Below are positions 18,338-28,558 of a stretch of 64,000 nucleotides of DNA, one piece after another. The DNA is taken from contig CAZTSL010000006.1 in the NCBI GenBank assembly GCA_964616915.1, positions 3,929 through 67,928 of the forward strand, given 5' to 3'. The translations under genes were made by a program, and so were the position numbers. The stretch's first letter is position 1. Every line of letters begins with the position of its first letter. The notes beneath the pieces are model-generated. The model did not search any database and had not been told where the DNA came from. It worked only from the letters and a program-made list of their open reading frames with translations. Source of the DNA: an uncultured bacterium. Its GTDB lineage: Bacteria; Myxococcota_A; CAZTSL01.

Positions 18338-18535
18338 CAGTTTTTTCGCGCTTCCCCTCTCGAGGCCGGGGAGGAGAGCGCCGCCTCCTTTGGTTGGGGC
18401 TGTCGAGATCTCCAGGTCCGTCGTCCCACGCGAAGAGCGGGCAACGACGTGCATGGGGCCTTCCGCGACGCCGTGGGGTATCTGGATGTCGAAAGAGCGG
18501 TCCACGAAGTCTTGTTTCGAATCACCGTCGGACCT

Positions 18536-18877
18536 CTATGCGGGAGAGGAACCGGAGCGGTAGAAGCGGATCTCCACATTCTCGAGGGTGGCGAGTCCCT
18601 CCTCGATCGCCTCGTCGATCTGGGGGAGGAAGGCTTCGATCTTCTCTTCGGTATCCACGATCTCGATCACGATCGGCAGGTCGCTCGAGAGGCGGAGGAC
18701 CTTGGCCGTGTGCAACCGGCTGTGGGCGCCGAATCCTTCGATCCCTCGGAGGACGGTGGCGCCGGCGAGTCCCTCTTCCCGCGCCCGCTGGACGATCCAC
18801 TCGAAGAGGGGTTTCCCGCGGAACCTGTCGTTCTCTCCGATGAAGATTCGCAGCAACTTTCCCCGTTCCGGAAGGAC
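18536..18877 (-). CDS. DUF190 (PII/GlnB-like) protein, usually CrcB-associated
   Basis: LLRIFIGENDRFRGKPLFEWIVQRAREEGLAGATVLRGIEGFG. Upstream alternative starts (ATG 18922, TTG 18949) run into repeat copy A. No crcB is present in the window. Confidence 0.6.
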   Translation of the reverse strand, partial: VLPERGKLLRIFIGENDRFRGKPLFEWIVQRAREEGLAGATVLRGIEGFGAHSRLHTAKVLRLSSDLPIVIEIVDTEEKIEAFLPQIDEAIEEGLATLENVEIRFYRSGSSPA

Positions 18878-18921
18878 CATGCGCTTCTCCCCGCTCGATG
18901 CGAACTCGTGAACCGGGACCA

Positions 18922-19003
18922 TTGTTCCCCAACGAACGGAATGTGTCAAGACGGGATTTCTCCTTTGGCTCGTTTCACGAGTTCTTCGAGGATCCGGAAG
19001 GCT
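18922..19003. repeat. 82 bp imperfect direct repeat, copy A (about 90 % identical to copy B; duplicates the mutS 3' end including its stop codon)
   Basis: ttgttcccc..aacggaatgtgtcaagacgg...ctcctttggctcgtttcacgagttcttcgaggatccggaaggct. Confidence 0.85.
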
Positions 19004-19123
19004 GATTCCCTCTTGATTCCTTGTCTGCCGAGGTGATAAGATAAAGTTGTTCGTTTCAAGCGTCGTCGCGACGAACCGGGCATCCGGAGTGCCCTGGATG
19101 CACGCTCCCGGCCATCCTCGACC

Positions 19124-19339
19124 ATGAAGAAACCTGTTCTACACGCCAGGATCGACAAGGCTGAATTCTCGATATCCTCACTCGAGAGCGAGTCCGATGA
19201 AAAGTCCTATTGGCTTTCGAAAACGCCTCGAGAGCGCCTCGAAGCGATGGAACTGATGAGACAGATCAGTTATGGCTATGATCCAGCTCGTGCCCGACTT
19301 CAAAAATTTTTTGAAGTTGCTCCATTCCCACAGAGTTGA
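19124..19339 (+). CDS. small hypothetical protein (71 aa), possible partner/antitoxin of the downstream nucleotidyltransferase or the N-terminal part of a frameshifted gene
   Basis: MKKPVLHARIDKAEFSISSLESESDEKSYWLSKTPRERLEAMELMRQISYGYD.... It overlaps the next ORF by 68 nt in a different frame. Confidence 0.35.
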   Translation: MKKPVLHARIDKAEFSISSLESESDEKSYWLSKTPRERLEAMELMRQISYGYDPARARLQKFFEVAPFPQS

Positions 19340-19721
19340 ATATTTACTGATCGGTGGCTATGCAGTAGGTTACTACGGTTATCCACGATCAACGGGGGAT
19401 ATGGATATCTGGATATCCGTAAATCCAGAAAACGCAAAAAAAATGGTATCTGTTCTGGAACATTTTGGATTTTCGGTACCAAATCTATCGGCAGAATTGT
19501 TCCTCGAGGAAAATCGAGTGATCCGTATGGGAGTTCCACCGATAAGGATTGAAATCCTGACCACGATCTCAGGAGTCACATTTGAAGAATGTTATAGAGA
19601 ACGAGTTTCAGGTGAGATCGACGGGATCGAAGTAAATCTGATCAGCCTCGAGCACTTGAAGATGAACAAGAAAGCGAGCGGTAGGCATAAAGACCTGGAC
19701 GATTTGGAACATCTACCTTGA
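19272..19721 (+). CDS. minimal nucleotidyltransferase-fold protein (Pol-beta superfamily, MNT-like)
   Basis: hG[GS]..G...R.T.D.D motif in LLIGGYAVGYYGYPRSTGDMDIWIS. 149 aa, AT-rich codon usage. Confidence 0.55.
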   Translation: MAMIQLVPDFKNFLKLLHSHRVEYLLIGGYAVGYYGYPRSTGDMDIWISVNPENAKKMVSVLEHFGFSVPNLSAELFLEENRVIRMGVPPIRIEILTTISGVTFEECYRERVSGEIDGIEVNLISLEHLKMNKKASGRHKDLDDLEHLP

Positions 19722-19817
19722 GGAGGGGGCCGATGGAGGCCGAGGGGGAAAAGGCGCACGCCCTACGGGGGAAGGCGGAGGCGCCTCTTCTCGCCGTGGG
19801 TTTCCACGGCCGCGTCG

Positions 19818-19899
19818 TTGTTCCTCACCGAACGGAATGGGTCAAGACGGTGCTTCTCCTTTGGCGCGTTTCACGAGTTCTTCGAGGATGCGGAAGGCT
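19818..19899. repeat. 82 bp direct repeat, copy B (the functional 3' end of mutS)
   Basis: ttgttcctcaccgaacggaatgggtcaagacggtgcttctcctttggcgcgtttcacgagttcttcgaggatgcggaaggct. Confidence 0.85.
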
Positions 19900-22478
19900 T
19901 CGAGGGGGGAGAGGGTTTCGAGGTTCACGTTGCGGAGGGTCTCGGCGATGGGATCGTTCGCCGGGGCGAAGAGAGGGATCTGGCGGGGATCGACGGGACG
20001 GGGACGGGGGATGCGGCGGCGCTGCTTCCTGTCGATCTCGCTCGGCGAGGTCTTTGCGATGTTGGCCTCGATCTTCTCGAGATTCGCGAGGATCTCTCGC
20101 GCACGTTCGATGACGATGTCGGGGAGTCCCGCCAGCCGGGCGACCTCGATCCCGTAGCTGTGGGAGGTGGCACCCGGTGCGATCTTGCGGAGGAAGACGA
20201 TCCGGTCCCCCCACTCCTTGACCGTGACGTTGTAGTTGCGGATGCGCGGTTTGACCTCCTCGAGTTCGGCGAGTTCGTGGTAGTGGGTGGCAAAGAGGGT
20301 CTTTGCGCCGAGGGGGGCGTGGTCGTGGAGGTATTCCGCGACGGCCCAGGCGATCGAGACGCCGTCGAAGGTGCTCGTGCCGCGGCCGATCTCGTCGAGG
20401 AGGATGAGGCTTCTGCGGGTGGCGTTCTGGAGGATCCGGGCGGTCTCCTTCATCTCGACCATGAAGGTGCTCTCCCCCCGGGCGAGATGGTCGCCGGCGC
20501 CGATCCGGGTGAAGATCCGGTCGATGATGCCGATCCGGGCGCTGCGGGCGGGGACGAAGGCGCCGATCTGGGCCATGAGGACGATGAGGGCCACCTGGCG
20601 CATGTAGGTCGATTTTCCCGCCATGTTCGGACCGGTCAGGATGACGATCTGCTCGCGAAGATCGAGGTGCGTGTCGTTGGGCACGAAGCCCTCGCCAAGG
20701 TCGATCCGCTCCACCACGGGGTGGCGTCCCTCGGTGATGTCGAGCCGGTCGGAGGTGTCGATGCGGGGGCGGGTGTAGTCGTAGAGGCGGGCGATCGTGG
20801 CAAGGTTCGTCACGACGTCGAGGAGGGCGAGGGTATCGGCGGTCTGCTGGATCCGATCGATCGCCTCGCCGATCCTCTCCCGCACCTCGCAGAAGAGGGC
20901 GTACTCGAGTTCGTTGATCCGGTCCTCGGCGCCGAGCACCTTCTCCTCGTAGCTCTTGAGTTCGGGGGTGATGAAGCGCTCGCTGTTGGTGAGCGTCTGT
21001 TTGCGCTCGTAGCGTTCCGGCACGAGGTGGAGGTTGGGGCGGGTCACCTCGATGTAGTATCCGAAGACGCGATTGAAGCGGACCTTGAGGGAGGAGATCC
21101 CGGTCTTTTTTCGTTCCTCGAGTTCGAGGTTGGCGATCCACCCCTTCCCGTCGCGGCTGATCGAACGGAGTTCGTCGAGTTCGGCGTTGTATCCCTCGGC
21201 GATGATCCCCCCCTCCTTGAGGGTGGTGGGTGCCTCGGGCGCGATCGCCTCGCGGATCGTATCGACGAGATCCGAAAGGGGGTCGAGGGGCGCCTGGGCC
21301 AGGAGGGGGGGGAGGGGAGAGAGTTCGGCGAGGTATCCGATCAGGGTGGGGAGACGACCGGCCGAATCGGCCAGCGCAAGGAGATCACGGGGGGTGGCGT
21401 TGCCCAGCGCGATCCTGCCGGAGAGCCGTTCGAGGTCATGGACCCCTTTGAGCGCTTCGCGGACCTCCTCGCAGAGGAGATCGTTCTCCACGAAGGCGGC
21501 CACGGCGTCGAGGCGTTCCTCGATGCGCTCCGGATCGAGGAGGGGGTAGAGGAGCCACTGGCGCAGTTTCCTCCCCCCCATCGCGGTGACCGTCTCGTCG
21601 AGGACCCCGAGCAGCGACCCCTTGCGCTTGCGCTCCTCGCGGGTGCTGAAGATCTCGAGGTTACGCCGGGTCGATTCGTCGAGGTAGAGGTAGTCGTGGC
21701 TCTCGTAGGCGTGGGGGCGATGGAGGTGCGGGATGGCCCCCCGCTGATGTTCCCGCAGGTAGCCGAGGAGCCCCCCACAGGCCAGGAGGGCCGCCGGCTT
21801 GTCGGCAAGACCGGTCTCGTCGAGGGAGCGGAGGCGGAACTGCTCGATGAGGAGCGCTGCGCACGCATCGAGCGATGGTTCCGGGATCGTGGAGAAGCTG
21901 CACGGACCGATGAGTTCGACGATCCGCTCCTCGGAGAGGGGGGTGAAGCTGGCGGGACGCACGAGTTCCCGCGGCGCGATGCGCAACATCTCGCCGGCAA
22001 AGTGACTCACCCGGCCGGTCGTCGTCTTGAACTCCCCGGTGGAGAGATCGGCGAAGGCAATGCCGAACGTCTCCGGATCGTGGGGGTCGCTGACGGCGCA
22101 GGCGAGGAAGTTGTTCACGCGGGGGGAGAGTCCCTCCGTCTCGATGTAGGTCCCCGGTGTGACGACGCGGACCACCTCCCGCTCGAGGATCTTTCGTCCG
22201 CCACCTCCCGAATCGACCTGCTCGCAGATCGCGACCTTGTAGCCCGCCTCGATCAGGCGATGGATGTGAACCTGGGCGTTGTGGCAGGGAACGCCGCAGA
22301 AGGGGACATGCTCCTTCGATTTACGATTGCGCGTCGTCAGGGCGATGTCGAGGATGCGTGAGGCGATCTCGGCATCCTCGAAGAACATCTCGTAGAAGTC
22401 GCCCATCCGGAAGAAGAGGATCGCATCACGGTGTGCTTCCTTGATCGCGAGATATTGCCGCATGATTGGCGTGTCCAT
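19842..22478 (-). CDS. mutS: DNA mismatch repair protein MutS
   Basis: 878 aa, MDTPIMRQYLAIKEAHRDAILFFRMGDFYEMF..., with the Walker A motif GPNMAGKST. Confidence 0.95.
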   Translation of the reverse strand: MDTPIMRQYLAIKEAHRDAILFFRMGDFYEMFFEDAEIASRILDIALTTRNRKSKEHVPFCGVPCHNAQVHIHRLIEAGYKVAICEQVDSGGGGRKILEREVVRVVTPGTYIETEGLSPRVNNFLACAVSDPHDPETFGIAFADLSTGEFKTTTGRVSHFAGEMLRIAPRELVRPASFTPLSEERIVELIGPCSFSTIPEPSLDACAALLIEQFRLRSLDETGLADKPAALLACGGLLGYLREHQRGAIPHLHRPHAYESHDYLYLDESTRRNLEIFSTREERKRKGSLLGVLDETVTAMGGRKLRQWLLYPLLDPERIEERLDAVAAFVENDLLCEEVREALKGVHDLERLSGRIALGNATPRDLLALADSAGRLPTLIGYLAELSPLPPLLAQAPLDPLSDLVDTIREAIAPEAPTTLKEGGIIAEGYNAELDELRSISRDGKGWIANLELEERKKTGISSLKVRFNRVFGYYIEVTRPNLHLVPERYERKQTLTNSERFITPELKSYEEKVLGAEDRINELEYALFCEVRERIGEAIDRIQQTADTLALLDVVTNLATIARLYDYTRPRIDTSDRLDITEGRHPVVERIDLGEGFVPNDTHLDLREQIVILTGPNMAGKSTYMRQVALIVLMAQIGAFVPARSARIGIIDRIFTRIGAGDHLARGESTFMVEMKETARILQNATRRSLILLDEIGRGTSTFDGVSIAWAVAEYLHDHAPLGAKTLFATHYHELAELEEVKPRIRNYNVTVKEWGDRIVFLRKIAPGATSHSYGIEVARLAGLPDIVIERAREILANLEKIEANIAKTSPSEIDRKQRRRIPRPRPVDPRQIPLFAPANDPIAETLRNVNLETLSPLEAFRILEELVKRAKGEAPS

Positions 22479-23088
22479 CGGAGATGCTCCCGAATGTCGT
22501 CGTCTCTACCCGGCAGGATCGGAGTTGTTCCCGGTACTCCGCCGATTTCCAGGGATCCCCCACTGCTTCGTACCCTTCGGCGAGATGTGTGAGGAGGATG
22601 CAACGGGGTACGCCCGGGGTATCGATCAGTTCGTGAAACGCCAGGATCGCTCGGGCCGTCTTCCCTTCGGCGAGCAGGATCTCGGCGAGATGGAAGCGCG
22701 CGAGGGGATGGAGCCGGGTAAGGGTCGGAGGGATCGCCTCGAGCAGGGCGCGCGCCCGGTCGAACTCGCCGATTCGGGCACGGGAGAGGGCTTCCCGGAA
22801 GTGGAAGTGGAAGCGATCCGGGGAAGGGCGCGCCATCCTGGCGCAGCGCGCGAAACACGCAGCCGCCTCCGCAAAGGCCCCGGAGAGGAAGGCGATCTCG
22901 CCCCTGGTGCAGTTCCGTTCCGCCGGGAGGGGGGACGCTTTGTACGCGACACGCTTGGCGCTGGAATCCCCCTTCGTCGCCATGGGTGCTCGAGGCTTCC
23001 CCCCCTCCCCCCGGAGCGGGACCGGTACCCCGAGGACGAGGAGGGCAAGGAGGAGGATCGAAGCAACGAAGCTACGAGGCCGGGGCAT
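22426..23088 (-). CDS. TPR-repeat protein, LapB/YciM-like context but lacking the C-terminal rubredoxin-like domain
   Basis: Signal peptide present. TPR-like helices (AFLSGAFAEAAACFARCARMA..., LAEILLAEGKTARAILAFHELID). It follows a LapA-like gene, and its 3' end overlaps the mutS start by about 50 nt. Confidence 0.5.
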   Translation of the reverse strand: MPRPRSFVASILLLALLVLGVPVPLRGEGGKPRAPMATKGDSSAKRVAYKASPLPAERNCTRGEIAFLSGAFAEAAACFARCARMARPSPDRFHFHFREALSRARIGEFDRARALLEAIPPTLTRLHPLARFHLAEILLAEGKTARAILAFHELIDTPGVPRCILLTHLAEGYEAVGDPWKSAEYREQLRSCRVETTTFGSISDGHANHAAISRDQGSTP

Positions 23089-23488
23089 GCTGGGGCTCCC
23101 CCCCTCCTTCGTCGATCATCGGTGTCGGTTCGATGTCGCTCTCCTTGAGTTCCTGGAGTTCCTGTTCGAGCGCTTCGAGACGTTTCGCCTGCGCCTCGAT
23201 CGTCTTGCGCTGTTTGCGCAGGTTGCGCCGGTATCCGAACCATCCGAAGAAGAGATCGAGAACGCCCCCGACGAGGACGCCGAGCGTGAAGGAGACGAGG
23301 ATCAGGATTCCCGCCTCCATCGAGAAGTCGGGTTCCTCCTTCGGATGGATCGTCGCCCAGTATTCCTTTTCCCAGAACTTGTAGTCGATGTTGATGCGGG
23401 TGACGAGGCTCTCCTTGTTCTTCCAGAGGAACCCGAATACGCCGATCAGGACGAGGAGAACGAAGGTGTAGGAAATGATTTTCGGCAT
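23072..23488 (-). CDS. LapA-family (DUF1049) inner-membrane protein
   Basis: Two TM helices followed by YRRNLRKQRKTIEAQAKRLEALEQEL, the LapA/YciS architecture. Confidence 0.6.
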   Translation of the reverse strand: MPKIISYTFVLLVLIGVFGFLWKNKESLVTRINIDYKFWEKEYWATIHPKEEPDFSMEAGILILVSFTLGVLVGGVLDLFFGWFGYRRNLRKQRKTIEAQAKRLEALEQELQELKESDIEPTPMIDEGGGEPQHAPAS

Positions 23489-23522
23489 CGCTCTTTTCCA
23501 TCCTCAAGGTGAAGGGGGAGGT

Positions 23523-24032
23523 TCAAACGTTTGCGTTTTCGGCGTCGATCTCGCGAAACAGCAGGTGGAGCTTCCGGTAGGTGTCCTGCAGATGTTCGGA
23601 GATGACCCTCGTCTCCGCCAGGACCGTCATGAAGTTCGTGTCCCCGTTCCATCGGGGAACGATGTGGATGTGCAGATGGGTTTCGAGGCCGGCGCCGGCC
23701 ACGCGGCCGAGGTTGATCCCGATGTTGTAGCCTGCCGGGGAGAGGGCCTGGTCGATCACCCGCTTCGAGTGCCGCACGAGGTGGAAGAGTTCGAGCATCG
23801 TGGGATCGTCGAGGGCATCGAGATCACTCGTATGCCGCAGGGGGGCCACCATGAGGTGGCCGTTGGTGTAGGGATAGCGGTTCATCACGACGAAGGCGTG
23901 CCGGCCGCGGTGGAGGACGAGACGAGCTTCGTCCTCCCGCTCTTTCCCCTCGATGCAGAGGAAGCAACCCGTTTCTCCTTTCGTGGCGCCTGTGATGTAC
24001 TCCATGCGCCAGGGTGCCCAGAGGTTGTTCAT
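23523..24032 (-). CDS. HIT-family (histidine triad) nucleotide hydrolase/transferase
   Basis: Internal ATG (MNNLWAPWRMEYI...). Histidine triad ETHLHIHIVPR. Confidence 0.75.
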   Translation of the reverse strand: MNNLWAPWRMEYITGATKGETGCFLCIEGKEREDEARLVLHRGRHAFVVMNRYPYTNGHLMVAPLRHTSDLDALDDPTMLELFHLVRHSKRVIDQALSPAGYNIGINLGRVAGAGLETHLHIHIVPRWNGDTNFMTVLAETRVISEHLQDTYRKLHLLFREIDAENANV

Positions 24033-24078
24033 CCATCCTCTCCCCAAGAGAAGGTCGAAGATTCCCCTTCGGAGGATC

Positions 24079-24372
24079 TCAGGAGGCGTTACGGGGATAG
24101 TCCACGCGTTGGCGCAGTTCTTTTCCCGTCTTGAAGAAGGGGACGCGTTTGGCCGGGATCTCGACGCGTTCCCCCGATTTGGGGTTCCGGCCGATGCGTG
24201 GTTCTCGAGCGACCACCGAGAAGATTCCAAAGCCTCGGATTTCGATCCGTTCGCCCCGTTTGAGTGCTTCGGTCATGGTTTCGAAAATCGTGTTGACGAT
24301 CAGGGTCGCATCTTTCTTCGTCAGTTGCGGCATCGCTTCCAGCAAATTCGCTACGAGATCGTTTTTCGTCAT
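24079..24372 (-). CDS. ihfB: integration host factor beta subunit / HU-family DNA-binding protein
   Basis: MTKNDLVANLLEAMPQLTKKDATLIVNTIFETMTEALKRGERIEIRGFGIFSVVAREPRIGRNPKSGERVEIPAKRVPFFKTGKELR. It sits in the conserved cmk-rpsA-ihfB arrangement. Confidence 0.8.
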   Translation of the reverse strand: MTKNDLVANLLEAMPQLTKKDATLIVNTIFETMTEALKRGERIEIRGFGIFSVVAREPRIGRNPKSGERVEIPAKRVPFFKTGKELRQRVDYPRNAS

Positions 24373-24667
24373 CGATTTTCCCCTGTTGGTTGCGGAGGTG
24401 ATGCACGCCGACGCCGGGTCGTGTTCGGATTGCGCGGGGAGGGGTTCGGAGCCGTGAGGGCCTGACGGCGAGATTCCCGATCCCCTTTCCGCTGTCGCAT
24501 CGTCGATCGTGTTCCCCCGGGTCGATCGCATCCCTCTGGAATGAAGGCCGGATCGTGGATGAAGGTATCGAGCGACCCCGGTCGTTCCTCCCCCCGTCCG
24601 AGCGGGAGGGTGCCCTGCTGGGATGCTGGGAGGGGGGAGGAAGAAGGGGAAGATGCGCATCGAGAAG

Positions 24668-26605
<1,938 letters not shown>

Positions 26606-26626
26606 GAAAGATGGTACTCCCTTGTC

Positions 26627-27346
26627 TCACGTAACGATGGGTTGAAGGTTGTTGCCACGATCCTTGCAGGATCCTTCGTGTCGTTTTCTTTCGACGATCT
26701 CGATCATCTCCGCCACGAGTTCGGGGACGGAGCGGTTCGAGGTATCGATTTCGACGGCGTCTTTCGCTCTCTTCAAGGGGGCGTCGGGGCGGGTGCGGTC
26801 CTGAAGGTCCCGTTCTCTCATTTCCCGGGTCGTCTCTTCGAGGGTGACGTCGAGGCCCTTTGCCCGGAGTTCTTCGAATCTCCGTTCCCCCCGGATCTCC
26901 GGGGAGGCGGTGACGAAGAACTTCACATCCGCGTCTGGCGCGACGACGGTCGTCGTATCCCGTCCTTCCAGGACGACGTCTCCTTCCGCCAGGATGGTGC
27001 GTTCGATTTCGAGGACGGCTTTCCGGACGAAGGGGAGGGCGGCGACCTGGGAGGCGAGACGGCTCACTTGCGGCGTGCGGATCGCTTCGGAGACGTCCTC
27101 CCCATCGAGAAGGAGGCGGTTCCCCTCGGGTGTGGGGGTCATCCGGATCGTGGTCCGGGAAAGACGGTGGGCCAGCGCCTGGCGATCCGCTTCCCTGGAG
27201 GGGTCGAGTTCCCCTCGGGCGGCCAGGAGAGCTACGGCCCGGAAGAGTGCGCCGGTATCGAGGTAGAGGAATCCGAGCCGCCTGGCCAGGGCTTTCGCAA
27301 GCGTGCTCTTCCCGGCGCCAGAGGGTCCATCCATCGCCACGATCAT
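26627..27346 (-). CDS. cmk: cytidylate kinase
   Basis: MIVAMDGPSGAGKSTLAKALARRLGFLYLDTGALFRAVA. Confidence 0.9.
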   Translation of the reverse strand: MIVAMDGPSGAGKSTLAKALARRLGFLYLDTGALFRAVALLAARGELDPSREADRQALAHRLSRTTIRMTPTPEGNRLLLDGEDVSEAIRTPQVSRLASQVAALPFVRKAVLEIERTILAEGDVVLEGRDTTTVVAPDADVKFFVTASPEIRGERRFEELRAKGLDVTLEETTREMRERDLQDRTRPDAPLKRAKDAVEIDTSNRSVPELVAEMIEIVERKRHEGSCKDRGNNLQPIVT

Positions 27347-27519
27347 CGCAATCCTCGTTCGATCCCGATTCTCCTTCTCGACATCGTTTCCCCCGTACCC
27401 CTCCAGAGATCAAAAACGCTCTGGACGTCCGGGCATCCAAAGCGCAGCACTTCCTCGAAAAACCGCGTCTTTTCCGAATGAGCCTGACAATGAGGAGAGC
27501 GTCCGCCGACAATGGCGAC

Positions 27520-27548
27520 AATATAGAGGAATTTCCGCAAAAAAGCAA
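27520..27548 (-). promoter_or_regulatory. sigma70-like promoter TTGCTT-17-TATATT on the minus strand, about 165 nt upstream of cmk
   Basis: The reverse complement reads ttgctt-ttttgcggaaattcctc-tatatt. It lies in a locally AT-rich intergenic stretch. Confidence 0.35.
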
Positions 27549-27706
27549 GGGAAAAGTCACGAAAAGTTACAGGGTTAGTGATGTCGAGGCCCCTTTCGTC
27601 GGATGGGAAAGCCGGCCTCCTCTCCCTCCGGAAGATGCCGTGGGATCGTCTCCGGTGCCTTTCGCATCCCTTGCGAGGGGAGGGAGTGGGGAGGCGTGCG
27701 GGGGTC

Positions 27707-28276
27707 TCATCCTCTTCCCAAGGTCTTGATCGCCTGGAGTGCGGCGAGTCGAACGGCTCCCGAGTCGTCCCCCAGGGCCTCTTGCAAGGGGGCGACCACG
27801 ATCTCCCGGGGAAAGCGCGCAAGGGCTTGGGCTGCCTCGACACGGATCTCCTCGACCGGGTCCTTGAGCCCTCGAAAGAGAATCCGCGCGGTCTCCTCGT
27901 CGCGGGCGAGCGTGGCGATCATTCCGATCCCCGCCCTGCGCACCTCGAGGGCCGGGTCGTCGAGGAGGGCCTCGAAGTAGGGGACCACGCTGCGCCCGAG
28001 AAAGAGGGCGAGCGCCTGGGCCGTGCGCAGGCGCACCTCGGGCTCCGGATCGTTGAGGAGCGGGAGGAGGTACTTCGTCGTGTCCTTCCGTTGCAACCGG
28101 CAGAGGTTATCGATGGCGTGGAGGCGATCCTCGACGTCTTCGCTGGTGAGCTTGCGACGGCAGAGGTGGAAGAGTTCCTTACGGCGTTGCGGATCGAGCT
28201 TCGTGACATCGATCGCCGCGGTCGGACCTTCGCTCGGCGGCGGCGGCTTCACCGTGCCTCGTCTTCCCTGGGTCAT
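27707..28276 (-). CDS. HEAT-repeat (PBS-lyase-like) protein, 189 aa
   Basis: Internal ATG (MTQGRRGTVKPPPP...). Repeated LLNDPEPEVRLRTAQALA / LLDDPALEVRRAGIGMIA / LKDPVEEIRVEAAQALA / LGDDSGAVRLAALQAI units. The remaining 5' part of ORF 27707..30691 is antisense to the RND gene and was discarded. Confidence 0.6.
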   Translation of the reverse strand: MTQGRRGTVKPPPPSEGPTAAIDVTKLDPQRRKELFHLCRRKLTSEDVEDRLHAIDNLCRLQRKDTTKYLLPLLNDPEPEVRLRTAQALALFLGRSVVPYFEALLDDPALEVRRAGIGMIATLARDEETARILFRGLKDPVEEIRVEAAQALARFPREIVVAPLQEALGDDSGAVRLAALQAIKTLGRG

Positions 28277-28480
28277 CGTTTCCCCCCTTACGCTTTCGGC
28301 GTCACCTGCGGCCAAAGTCCGCCAGGTGTATGCCGTCGTCAGACGTTCCCTGCACGCTGCGGCCCATCCCTCCGATCGTCCTTCTCCGGCTCCAACACGG
28401 TCTGGGTGGACTTCTCCTGCTTGTCCGGCGGATCGCCGTGCTTGCGAATTTTCCGGCGGGGCTGGGTGCGCCGCCATCCC

Positions 28481-28509
28481 TTCGAAATCGGAAAGGAAGC
28501 CGCTATAAT
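28481..28509 (+). promoter_or_regulatory. candidate promoter TTCGAA-17-TATAAT about 50 nt upstream of the RND transporter ATG
   Basis: ttcgaa-atcggaaaggaagccgc-tataat. Confidence 0.3.
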
Positions 28510-28558
28510 GCCCTCCCATCATACCACGCTTTCCCGCGATCGCAAAGGGAGAGGACGC

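Larger units (their letters stand above)
19004..19817. mobile_element. 814 bp islet between the direct repeats; contains a locally low-GC segment (19280-19700, about 40 % GC); no integrase/transposase
   Basis: It is bounded by repeat copies A and B. Composition departs sharply from the flanking DNA (about 67 % GC). Its cargo is two overlapping small ORFs. Confidence 0.55.

Noticed and set aside
18946-19158. 70 aa minus-strand ORF ending ...AFRILEELVKRAKGEIPS
   Set aside because: Its C-terminus is just the duplicated mutS 3' end (repeat copy A) read in frame. The upstream part has no coding signal. It is treated as a by-product of the repeat.
19818-22361. 847 aa plus-strand ORF
   Set aside because: It is antisense to mutS.
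27578-28558. The 5' 327 codons of ORF 27578..30850 and the 5' portion of minus ORF 27707..30691
   Set aside because: Homology to the RND transporter begins only at the internal ATG at 28559. Homology to HEAT repeats is confined to 27707..28276. The remainder is open frame through GC-rich intergenic or antisense DNA.
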